Source of the DNA: Halarcobacter sp.
GTDB lineage: Bacteria > Campylobacterota > Campylobacteria > Campylobacterales > Arcobacteraceae
DNA length: 64,000 nucleotides
Assembly (NCBI GenBank): GCA_048571215.1
Contig: CP182352.1
Coordinates: 1,216,001 to 1,280,000 of the forward strand
Direction: 5' to 3'
Numbering within the stretch: position 1 is the stretch's first letter; each line of letters opens with the position of its first letter. A program made the translations under genes and the position numbers. Under the pieces are notes generated by a model. The model was not told the DNA's origin. It worked only from the letters and a program-made list of their open reading frames with translations, and ran no database searches. Shown here piece after piece: positions 10,101-19,070 of this stretch.

Positions 10101-10586
10101 TTAAAACCTATAAATAACTCTTAATGCTACAAAATCTAATCCAGCGTTCGATCCTGCTAAATCTGCATTTGAATAATGGTTGTATTTTAGTGTAGCCTCT
10201 AGTATATCACTAAATCTATATCCAAACCCTACACTCTCTTTAAATTGAAAATTCATTCCAAATCTTTTTTTATCTAATTGTTCCTTTGTAAAATGAGCGA
10301 TACCAGCTCCTGCTTCAAAATATAAGTTTTTTGTTAAATCATAGCTTGCCATGGGTTGAGCACTTATAATAAACATATCATCTTGTTTACCTTTTGCATA
10401 CTCTCCTAAAAGTTCAATACTAAGGTTTAGATTATCTAATATCTCATAGTCTATATCTTTGATTAAAGATATACCTGTAATATCAATATCATCCTTATGT
10501 CCATAAGATAAAGAAACTTTATCAAAAGCGTTTAGAGATTGAATCGAAAATATTAAGAAAAATAAAATAATAAAATTTTTTTTCAT
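10101..10586 (-). CDS. pagL: Lipid A 3-O-deacylase (PagL family outer-membrane barrel)
   Basis: Signal peptide, HYSNA...NAG catalytic motif, terminal YRF; start moved to MKKNF. Confidence 0.75.
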   Translation of the reverse strand: MKKNFIILFFLIFSIQSLNAFDKVSLSYGHKDDIDITGISLIKDIDYEILDNLNLSIELLGEYAKGKQDDMFIISAQPMASYDLTKNLYFEAGAGIAHFTKEQLDKKRFGMNFQFKESVGFGYRFSDILEATLKYNHYSNADLAGSNAGLDFVALRVIYRF

Positions 10587-10662
10587 AAAAAACACCTTTT
10601 TATTATTATAATATAAATTATTTAAAAGAAATAAATAAAATGAGTGTAATTAGATTAAAAAA

Positions 10663-11154
10663 TTATTTTTTGTTAAGAAAGTTAACAAGTTCTTCAATTT
10701 GGTTTTCATTGAAAACCTTTATTCCATTTTCAATTAAAAGTTTTGCAGTTAAACCTTGAGAGCTTACTTTTGTTTTGGAAAATGTTCCATCATATATTTC
10801 ACTATTGCTACATGAAGGAGAATTTGATTTTAATAAAGCAACAACAATTCCCTCACTTTTACATAAATCAAGGGTGTTTTTTGCTCCTAATAAAAAATTT
10901 ATAGTAACATCATCTCCTTTTTTTGTTTTTACAATAAAAGGTTTTTCTCTACTAATAATTTCAGCAGGTTCCCTTGGAATACTAAGTCCACCTGAAACTT
11001 CTGGACAAAAAGAGTAGATTTCATTTTCACTAAGAATATCCATAAATAGCTCTTTTTGTGAAAAAGTAAAGGTAGGAGTATATAAAATAGCTGAGTTTTC
11101 CCCATCATATCTTACATCCTCCCCTAAAAGACAAGACGAGATTAATATTTTCAT
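10663..11154 (-). CDS. DUF523 / TudS-like thiouracil desulfurase (Fe-S)
   Basis: SSCLLG, RYDG, CPEV and KSNSPSC; three conserved Cys. Confidence 0.85.
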   Translation of the reverse strand: MKILISSCLLGEDVRYDGENSAILYTPTFTFSQKELFMDILSENEIYSFCPEVSGGLSIPREPAEIISREKPFIVKTKKGDDVTINFLLGAKNTLDLCKSEGIVVALLKSNSPSCSNSEIYDGTFSKTKVSSQGLTAKLLIENGIKVFNENQIEELVNFLNKK

Positions 11155-11157
11155 ATT

Positions 11158-11916
11158 TTACACTCTCTCCAAATACTCTTTTGAAAAAAATGTAGAGGTT
11201 TGTATATTATTAAATGCTGCTTTCATTGAGATAAACATCTGAGGATTTTCCTCTTCCATTTGTGCTAAAAGTTTTTTTGTTGTTTCTCTTGCATGGGGCA
11301 TTTTAATATCAAATCTCATGGCAGGACACGCTTCATCACCAATAACACTAATCTCATTTGACTGGGCAAATGCTTTTAGTTGTCTTTCTCTACAAAAAAT
11401 AAGTGGTCTAATAACTTCAAGACCATTTTCTGCTTTATATACAGGGGGCATAGATCTTAAAGCACCATTATATAAAAAGTTCATAAAAAATGATTCCATA
11501 GCATCATCTAAATGATGTCCAAGTGCTAATTTATTATAGCCCTGCTCTTGTGCAGTTGAGTAAAGATACCCTCTTCTCATTCTTGAAAAAAATGAGCAAA
11601 AAGATGAGTTTTTTCTGATTTTTTCTCCAGCTAATTCATATATTTCTGTGTCTACTATTTCATGTTCTATTCCATATTTTTTACAATGGTCTGCTAAAAA
11701 TTGTACTTGCTCTCCCATACCATATGTGATAGTAACAGCTTTAAACTCAAAATTGTATGGTGCAACCCTTTTTAGATGGTTTAATGCATGAATTAAGGTT
11801 GTAGAATCTTTTCCACCAGAAAAGCCTACTAATACCCTATCTCCCTCTTTGATAAGTCCATACTCTGCATTTGTTTTACCAACTAATTTTGAAATTTTTT
11901 TACTTAATTCTACCAA
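11158..11916 (-). CDS. ttcA: tRNA 2-thiocytidine(32) synthetase
   Basis: PP-loop SGGKDS, CSFFSRMRRG, GHHLDD and IRPL. Confidence 0.88.
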   Translation of the reverse strand: MVELSKKISKLVGKTNAEYGLIKEGDRVLVGFSGGKDSTTLIHALNHLKRVAPYNFEFKAVTITYGMGEQVQFLADHCKKYGIEHEIVDTEIYELAGEKIRKNSSFCSFFSRMRRGYLYSTAQEQGYNKLALGHHLDDAMESFFMNFLYNGALRSMPPVYKAENGLEVIRPLIFCRERQLKAFAQSNEISVIGDEACPAMRFDIKMPHARETTKKLLAQMEEENPQMFISMKAAFNNIQTSTFFSKEYLERV

Positions 11917-12072
11917 AATGAAATATCCTCTAAAAATTTTCGCGGATTATACCATAAATTAGTATAAATGAATAGATTTACTTATGATAATTGTATTAAA
12001 ATATTTAAAAATTAATGCTAATTTTAGCTAATTAGAATATAATTTCAAACTAATTTACAATAAAGATAATTA

Positions 12073-12285
12073 ATGACTAAAAAAGAGATAGAGAGTTTCA
12101 AAATCAATATAGCAGAAAATATTTTACCACACACTAAAAATATGAATGATACTAGAATTAAAGAGGTTATCAATCATGTAATAAAAACAAATCCACAGTT
12201 ACCTGAAGGTTTTGGTAATATGTTATTTGAACAAATTAAAATAATGAAGAATTCTAGTAAATATTTACATCACCTTAATAATTAA
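12073..12285 (+). CDS. Small hypothetical protein
   Basis: 70-aa ORF with a TAATAT-type -10 upstream; no recognisable motif. Confidence 0.55.
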   Translation: MTKKEIESFKINIAENILPHTKNMNDTRIKEVINHVIKTNPQLPEGFGNMLFEQIKIMKNSSKYLHHLNN

Positions 12286-13209
12286 TTTATTTTTTTCATT
12301 ATTTACTAAAACTATACCCATTTGATTAAAAAAACTTTCAATATAAAATGAGAGATTTTTATAAATATTTAAATTTATAAATCCATTTGGGTAAACTTCT
12401 CTCATAGTATTTAATTCATACTTCATAACTTCCCAGATATCTTTAAAATATGAAACTTCCAAGATATAATTTGATTCATAATCTAGTTCCTCTAGGCTTA
12501 AACCTAAACCATCTAAATAACCTAAAAGATATGAGGCTTGTTTTAATAAATGTTCTATTTGTTTTATAGATACTTGAAGTAAATCCTCTCTTTGTTTATT
12601 TATCTTATATGCAAGTAGTTGAGTTCTTATATTTATATTTGTTGTTTCTAAACTTTTCATTAAAGATTGTGCAATAAGTTTTGGATATTTAGTATTCTTT
12701 GCACTATTAGATGAGATAACATTTGCAATATACTCACTCCAACATAATTGTGCTAGAGGATATATTATTGAATCAACACCTTGGTATTTAGAGGTTCTCA
12801 TAAATTTATAAAAAGAGTCTATTTTCTTATTATTATCATGAACATGTGCTAATTCGTGATGAAGTATATGAAAAGCCTCTTTATATTTACTATCATCTTC
12901 GTTTTTAAGTATATTTTTTATAAAGTCGTTTCTTATTACTAATACTAATTCATAATCATCTTGTTTTGGTATTGTAAGAACTAAAGCATAGGTATTGCTA
13001 TTTGTTTTATATCTATTTTTAAAGATACTTTTTTTATCAGTAGTAAGAACTTCAATATCTCTATCAAAATGTGAAGTTATGATTATTTTATTAAATCTTC
13101 TAAAATCCAAAAAAGAGAAATCTGATATTATTGATTGGATTTTTTCAACTATTTTAATTGATATTTTATCCGATAAACCGTTTATTTTAATCATCAAATT
13201 ATTTTTCAT
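12265..13209 (-). CDS. Hypothetical protein with HExxH zinc-metallopeptidase-like motif
   Basis: HHELAHVHD followed by WSEYIA. Confidence 0.6.
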   Translation of the reverse strand: MKNNLMIKINGLSDKISIKIVEKIQSIISDFSFLDFRRFNKIIITSHFDRDIEVLTTDKKSIFKNRYKTNSNTYALVLTIPKQDDYELVLVIRNDFIKNILKNEDDSKYKEAFHILHHELAHVHDNNKKIDSFYKFMRTSKYQGVDSIIYPLAQLCWSEYIANVISSNSAKNTKYPKLIAQSLMKSLETTNINIRTQLLAYKINKQREDLLQVSIKQIEHLLKQASYLLGYLDGLGLSLEELDYESNYILEVSYFKDIWEVMKYELNTMREVYPNGFINLNIYKNLSFYIESFFNQMGIVLVNNEKNKLIIKVM

Positions 13210-13343
13210 AATAGATCCTTATAAATAATTATAATTATTTATAAATATCAACTAATTAATTATAATATTTTATATAAAATATTTAAGCTAAATTATATTT
13301 TATTTTTATAATATTTGTTTATATTTAAAACAAAGGAGATATT

Positions 13344-14024
13344 ATGTTTACTAAATTAATTAGCATGATTTTTGCAATAGTTTTACTTGGAGGTTCTATT
13401 TATGCACAAGATATGAATCTTAAAAGTTCTGGGGTTACTATAGAGTTTGATGGCAAAAGTTATACTATAAAAAGAATGCATGATAAGGAGTGTAAAACAA
13501 TAAATGGTGCAGATCCAGATAATATTTGGTCTGGAAATTATGCAAATGAAAAATTACCTTCAAAATGTATAAAAAAGTTTGTTACAACAGTAGGTAAGAT
13601 AACTCCAATTCAAATAAATGATAATATAAAAACTATTGGAGAGCTTGAGGTTATAAAGTTTATTAAAGAGTCACAAACAGATAAAAACAAACTTCTAATA
13701 GATGCAAGGCTTCCTGCTTGGCACGCATTAATCTCTATTCCAACTGCTACGAACATACCTTTTACATATTTTAATAAAGTAAAATATCCTTTTAAATTTT
13801 ATGATGTTTTAGATTTGATTGGTGTGGATGAGATATCTGAGGATAAATATGATTTTTCCAATGCAAAAGATTTAGTTTTATTTTGTAATGGTGCTTGGTG
13901 TCCTCAATCAACTTTAGCTATTGAGAATTTGATAAAAATTGGATATCCACAAGATAAAATAAAATGGTATAGAGGTGGTATGTACTCTTGGAAGATGTTA
14001 AATCTTACAACAGTACCCAAATAA
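13344..14024 (+). CDS. Exported rhodanese-domain sulfurtransferase (CNGxWC type)
   Basis: Signal peptide, LIDAR, IPTATNIP, FCNGAWCPQS and YRGGM. Confidence 0.85.
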   Translation: MFTKLISMIFAIVLLGGSIYAQDMNLKSSGVTIEFDGKSYTIKRMHDKECKTINGADPDNIWSGNYANEKLPSKCIKKFVTTVGKITPIQINDNIKTIGELEVIKFIKESQTDKNKLLIDARLPAWHALISIPTATNIPFTYFNKVKYPFKFYDVLDLIGVDEISEDKYDFSNAKDLVLFCNGAWCPQSTLAIENLIKIGYPQDKIKWYRGGMYSWKMLNLTTVPK

Positions 14025-14044
14025 TAGATTACATTTGTAATCTA

Positions 14045-15202
14045 TTATTCAAATACCTCTTTTAGGTCGTTTACTATAGCTTTGTCTATTTTTGAATTTT
14101 CTACTAACTCATCTAAGATTTTAAAGGCTTCATTTTTATCAAATGCTTGCCTATATGTTTTATTTGAGCTTAGTGCACTATAGATATTTAAAATTATCAT
14201 TAATCTATCTTTGAAACTTAAATCTTTCCCTTTTAAGCAGTAAGGGTAACCTGTTCCATCTATAAACTCTTGAGTTTTACTTGCCCAAGTAGTTATGTCA
14301 TTGAAGCCCATTATATTTGATAAAATTCTTTTTGTATAATATGGGTAAGATTTTATTATTTCATACTCATCTTCTGATAGTTCTGAGTCTTTATTTAATA
14401 TCTGATAAGGTATAAAAAACTTCCCAAGATTAGTTAATGAAGCTGCTATTAAAAAAGTTAATCTATCTTTATGTTCAAAATCATAAAAATCAAGCATTTT
14501 TTCACTGTTTTTGATTAAAGATGAATTATTCTCAATTATATCTGTAAAGATTCTTGTTAAGTTTAATAGTTCTTCAAAACTTATAGGAGTTGAAAAGTCA
14601 TGTAAGTTTGTAAAAATATAAGTTAGTAACTCATGTTCATTTTGCAAGTCTAACCAAAAGCTTTGATTTTCACTAAACTCACAAAAACACTCAACAATAT
14701 CACTTGAGAATAAAATATTTTCATTCTCTTTTACATATTTTATTATATGGTTTCTATTATCTATCTCTTTTTTTGATAAATCAAATTTTTCATCTATTAT
14801 AGTAGCAAATGCTAGAAATTGTGAAATAAGAGGTATCTCATCAGCTTTTAGTCCATAGGGTCCACTTCCATTATAATACTCCAATTGGTACTTTATAATA
14901 TCTTTTTCATTACCTAAAAAAGGAAAATTATCCACAAGCTTTTGTCCTAACTCACAATAATCTTTATCTTTTTTTCTTGTTTTATAAAGGGCAATATTAT
15001 GAAGTAAGGAGTAGGAGCAAATATCACTTAATCCCTCGGGTTCATAGTTAAACTCTTTTGCTAGCTTTAAAGCAATAAATGCAACTTTTTTTGAATGAGC
15101 TTCAGTAGTTTTATAAATATCTGTTTCAACTGCATCTAAAGCTGATGAAGTTGATATTAAAAAATTATTTAAATTAAATAAAATCTCTTTTTTCTTATCC
15201 AT
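14045..15202 (-). CDS. Tandem HD-GYP domain protein, degenerate
   Basis: Two HD-GYP-like halves (GSGPYGL, GTGYPYCLKG) with metal ligands substituted. Confidence 0.8.
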   Translation of the reverse strand: MDKKKEILFNLNNFLISTSSALDAVETDIYKTTEAHSKKVAFIALKLAKEFNYEPEGLSDICSYSLLHNIALYKTRKKDKDYCELGQKLVDNFPFLGNEKDIIKYQLEYYNGSGPYGLKADEIPLISQFLAFATIIDEKFDLSKKEIDNRNHIIKYVKENENILFSSDIVECFCEFSENQSFWLDLQNEHELLTYIFTNLHDFSTPISFEELLNLTRIFTDIIENNSSLIKNSEKMLDFYDFEHKDRLTFLIAASLTNLGKFFIPYQILNKDSELSEDEYEIIKSYPYYTKRILSNIMGFNDITTWASKTQEFIDGTGYPYCLKGKDLSFKDRLMIILNIYSALSSNKTYRQAFDKNEAFKILDELVENSKIDKAIVNDLKEVFE

Positions 15203-15272
15203 ATCTATCCTAATGTTTTTTATATTTAATGCTACTATATAGTTGCTAAATTTAGTGTAAATAGGAATAATA

Positions 15273-15293
15273 TATATAAGAATTATTTATAAA
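15273..15293. promoter_or_regulatory. Candidate operator, copy B (matches the soxC upstream box)
   Basis: TATATAAGAATTATTTATAAA, 19/21 identical to 27749-27769. Confidence 0.45.
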
Positions 15294-15333
15294 CTTTATT
15301 GTATACTAAATAATTATTAAAATTGGAGTTTTA

Positions 15334-17283
15334 TTGAATTACGATTATATGCTTAAAATGAAAAAAATGGTTTTTTTAGCTTTTTCTTTATGCCTTATTA
15401 TTATATATTTTATATATCAAGATAATAAGAAGAATATAATTAACAATGAAGTAACAAATATTGAAGATGTTTTAATTCAAATTCAAGCAGTTAGAAAATA
15501 TGTAAGTAATGATCAAAAAGATGAGATTTATAAGTTACAACAAGAAGGTATAGTCTCTTATCATTATTTCACTTCTCCTTTATTATCTTCAACTTATAGT
15601 GCAAATAGGGTTAATGAATACTACAATCAAATAAGAATTGAAAAATCTCTTCCCCCAATTGATATAAGATTTGCTGCAACAAACCCAAGAAATCCTCAAA
15701 ACTTGGCAACAAAAGAGGAAAAAGAGATTTTAAAAAAGTTTAGAAATAATGAGTTAAAACGATATAAATCAATAAAAAAAACAAAAGATGGAGATATTTT
15801 ATATATAGCATTGCCTACAAGAAGATTAGAGTCTAAATGTATGAGATGCCATGATACCCCAGAAGTTGCCCCTAAACAACTTGTTGAACAATATGGTTCA
15901 AAAGCAGGTTTTGGTGAAAAGATTGGAAATATTAAGGCTATAATGTCTATAGAAAAGCCATTAAATAGTGCCTATAAACAAGCATACTTTCAAACCTTTA
16001 AAAGTGGTATTTATATCTTTATATCAGTATTGATTTTTCTCTATTTTTATTATCGTTATAATAAAAAACTTTATAAAAAAAATGAAGAGTTGGAACTGTT
16101 AAATAAAGACTTAGATGAAAAAGTAAAAGATAGAACAAGTGAATTAGAAAACTCAAAAAAACAACTATTAAATATTATAAATAGCAGTAAATTAGGATAT
16201 TGGGATTGGAATATAGTTACAAATCAATTTCATGTAAATGATATTTGGTTAAATATGATTGGTATTTCAAGTAAAGAATTTAATAATACAAAAGATGAGT
16301 GGATAGAAAGGATTCATCCAAAAGATTTGAAAAATATAATACCAAAAATAAAAAACAATTTTAAAGGAAATAATTCTTTTTCTATTGAATATAGAATGAA
16401 ACATAAAAATGGTGAATATATTTGGATTGAGTCTGTGGGAGGAGTTGTTCAAAGAGATTCTAATAATAAAGTTATACAAGTTTGTGGTATTCATAGAAAT
16501 ATTCATCAAAAGAAACTTAATGAATTAAAAGCTTATGAACAAGAAAAGTTAATATATAATCAAGCAAAAGTTACAGCTGTTGGGGAGATGCTTAAGAATA
16601 TTTCACACCAATGGAAACAACCTTTATCTGCTATTACTACAATTGCAAGTACTATTAAGTTATCTTATGAGTTTAGAAAAGAACTTACAGGAAAAGAGTT
16701 AATTGAATATGCTGATAAGATACTAAATAATGGAAACTATTTAGCTAAAACAATAAATGACTTTTCTTCATATTTTGATAATAAGAAAGAAAATAAAGAG
16801 GAAACAAGTCTAGCTAAAATCTTTGAAAGAATAATAGACTTAATCAAAGATTCTTATCAGTTTGATAATATTATTTGTTCTTGTAGTGTTAAGGATGATT
16901 TAGTTATTGAGATAAATGAAAATCTATTTATTCAAGCTTTATTAAATCTATTTAATAATACTCAAGATGCATTTAATATAAATGCAATTGACAAGGATTC
17001 TAGATATCTATTTATTAGTGCTTCAAAAGAGGAGTCTAATATTGTAGTTTCTTTAAAAGATAGTGCTGGTGGTATTGATAAAAATATTATTGATAAAATC
17101 TTTGAACCATACTTTACAACTAAACATCAAAGTGTTGGCACAGGTATTGGTTTGTATATGACTAATCAGATTATTAATAAACACTTGCATGGAACAATAA
17201 GTGTAAAAAATAGTAAATATGTTTATAATGGAAAAGAGTTGTTAGGTTGTGAATTTAAAATATATTTACCCTATGAATCTTAG
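15334..17283 (+). CDS. Sensor histidine kinase with periplasmic c-heme (DUF3365/Tll0287-like) domain and PAS domain
   Basis: TM, NPRNPQN...CMRCH, TM, PAS (GYWDW...IHPKD), H-box SHQWKQPL and HATPase (GTGIGLYM). Confidence 0.9.
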   Translation: MNYDYMLKMKKMVFLAFSLCLIIIYFIYQDNKKNIINNEVTNIEDVLIQIQAVRKYVSNDQKDEIYKLQQEGIVSYHYFTSPLLSSTYSANRVNEYYNQIRIEKSLPPIDIRFAATNPRNPQNLATKEEKEILKKFRNNELKRYKSIKKTKDGDILYIALPTRRLESKCMRCHDTPEVAPKQLVEQYGSKAGFGEKIGNIKAIMSIEKPLNSAYKQAYFQTFKSGIYIFISVLIFLYFYYRYNKKLYKKNEELELLNKDLDEKVKDRTSELENSKKQLLNIINSSKLGYWDWNIVTNQFHVNDIWLNMIGISSKEFNNTKDEWIERIHPKDLKNIIPKIKNNFKGNNSFSIEYRMKHKNGEYIWIESVGGVVQRDSNNKVIQVCGIHRNIHQKKLNELKAYEQEKLIYNQAKVTAVGEMLKNISHQWKQPLSAITTIASTIKLSYEFRKELTGKELIEYADKILNNGNYLAKTINDFSSYFDNKKENKEETSLAKIFERIIDLIKDSYQFDNIICSCSVKDDLVIEINENLFIQALLNLFNNTQDAFNINAIDKDSRYLFISASKEESNIVVSLKDSAGGIDKNIIDKIFEPYFTTKHQSVGTGIGLYMTNQIINKHLHGTISVKNSKYVYNGKELLGCEFKIYLPYES

Positions 17284-17296
17284 AATTTTTAGGTGA

Positions 17297-18082
17297 TTAT
17301 TCACCTAAAAATTCTGTCATAGCTTCTACAGCTGTAGTTGTCATATCTAAATCTAAATGTGGTGCACCTTCAACTTTAATTAGTTTTGCATCAAAGCCTT
17401 TATCTTCCATTATTTTAAAAAAGCTAGTTGTTACTTCTGGTTTTGAAATTTTATCTTTTGTACCATATATAAAAAGAAATCTTGTATTTTTATCTACTTG
17501 GTCAAGTACATCAACTAATGAAATTAAGCCTTCAGATTTGTTATCTTTGTGGATATCATATCTTCCTCCTGCTAAGGCTATATTTTGGATTAGACCGGGG
17601 CTAACACCAGTTAGTGTTGCACCCATCATAGCACCAGCACTATGACCTATATAGTTAACAGTAGTTGCTTTATATTTATTTTTAAAAGCTTCTACTAGTT
17701 TTGAAAGAAACTCAATATACTCTTTTTTTGCTGCAAGATTTTTAACACCTTCATGAGCTAATGCCTCAAAATTGTTTGTTGAAGAGTTTGAATAACCAGG
17801 AAGAGCAACTGCAATGGTTGTTAAATCTGTATTAAAATTCATTACCTCTGCAAAAGGTGCATATCTTCCCAAAGTATTTGTTCCTGCATCCCACGTTCCA
17901 TGAACAATTATTGTAATTTGGTCATTTGAATAACCATCATATGCTCTATATTCAATACACTCTCCCCCAGCGAAAATATAGTTATCACCTAATTGTTTAC
18001 ATTCACTTTGATTGATTTTTTTAGCCTCAAGTGAAAGTGACATAATACAAATTAAGATTATAAAAGAAACTTTTTTTAACAT
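17297..18082 (-). CDS. Exported alpha/beta hydrolase
   Basis: Signal peptide, GHSAG nucleophile elbow, GTKD and APH. Confidence 0.8.
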   Translation of the reverse strand: MLKKVSFIILICIMSLSLEAKKINQSECKQLGDNYIFAGGECIEYRAYDGYSNDQITIIVHGTWDAGTNTLGRYAPFAEVMNFNTDLTTIAVALPGYSNSSTNNFEALAHEGVKNLAAKKEYIEFLSKLVEAFKNKYKATTVNYIGHSAGAMMGATLTGVSPGLIQNIALAGGRYDIHKDNKSEGLISLVDVLDQVDKNTRFLFIYGTKDKISKPEVTTSFFKIMEDKGFDAKLIKVEGAPHLDLDMTTTAVEAMTEFLGE

Positions 18083-18151
18083 AGATACTCCTTTTTTATA
18101 TATTGTATATAAATACCCTTATCTTAATATTTATTTTTAATTATAAATTAT

Positions 18152-18589
18152 TTAATAAGCTATAACTCCAATATATCCTGCAACTTGCCTTTCTATAAGT
18201 TCCACAATTCCAGCTTGCACATAAGATACATCATCTATAAAATCATCTTTTGTCCAGTTCATAGTTTCCATTGTGTTTTTACATACAATAAACTCAACAT
18301 CATATTCCATAAGTGATTGGATTCTTGTTAGAGTAGCTTTATCATAATCTTTTTTTAAAGCTCTAACTCCATTTCCATAAGATACAACAACTATTTTCAA
18401 AGATTCAATTGGATACTCTTTTAAAATATTATAAAGGCTACTTAGATTGTGATTGACTTTTTTTATGTCAGAATCATAAAGTTGTACAACTATCTTTCTT
18501 GGGTTTTCAAAAGTTGGTTGAGGGTCACTAAATGTTGATTGGGCAAAAGCTATTACTGATGTTAGTAATAGTATAAGAAGTTTTTTCAT
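18152..18589 (-). CDS. Exported DsrE/DsrF-like protein
   Basis: Start at MKKLL with AAGGA RBS, signal peptide, VVVSYGNGV, FIVCKNTM and AGIVEL. Confidence 0.8.
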   Translation of the reverse strand: MKKLLILLLTSVIAFAQSTFSDPQPTFENPRKIVVQLYDSDIKKVNHNLSSLYNILKEYPIESLKIVVVSYGNGVRALKKDYDKATLTRIQSLMEYDVEFIVCKNTMETMNWTKDDFIDDVSYVQAGIVELIERQVAGYIGVIAY

Positions 18590-18599
18590 TAAAATCCTT

Positions 18600-19070
18600 T
18601 TATGAGGCAAATTTTTTATTTAGATGAATTTTACCTAAAACTTTTATAGGTGAATCTTTAAGAATTGTTCCACCTTTTATTATCTTACAATATAATCCTC
18701 TACAATCTTGTATTAATATTGGTAAATCATCACTAAATATTGCTAAATGATTACAAATAGTACACTTTTGGCTTATTTCAATAATAGTATCACCTATTTG
18801 TAAATTTGTACCTATATTAAAATCATGTGGATTAAAATCTAATAAAATATTCTCACCTAAACTTCCAAATTCTAAATCAATCCCCTCCTCTTTTGCTATA
18901 TTATAGGTATTTATTCCAACTATCATTACAGATTTCTCTTCATCTTTATCAGCAAATTTATCATTTTTTATACCATATTTTTCAATCAATTCTAGTTTTG
19001 TTACTATGGGTCTTGGAAAACCACTTTGCCCTTTTAAGGCGCTAAAAACCTCTATTACTTTCCCATTCAT
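18600..19070 (-). CDS. MOSC domain protein
   Basis: GSLGENI, CTICNHL and RGLYCKIIKGGTI. Confidence 0.85.
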   Translation of the reverse strand: MNGKVIEVFSALKGQSGFPRPIVTKLELIEKYGIKNDKFADKDEEKSVMIVGINTYNIAKEEGIDLEFGSLGENILLDFNPHDFNIGTNLQIGDTIIEISQKCTICNHLAIFSDDLPILIQDCRGLYCKIIKGGTILKDSPIKVLGKIHLNKKFAS

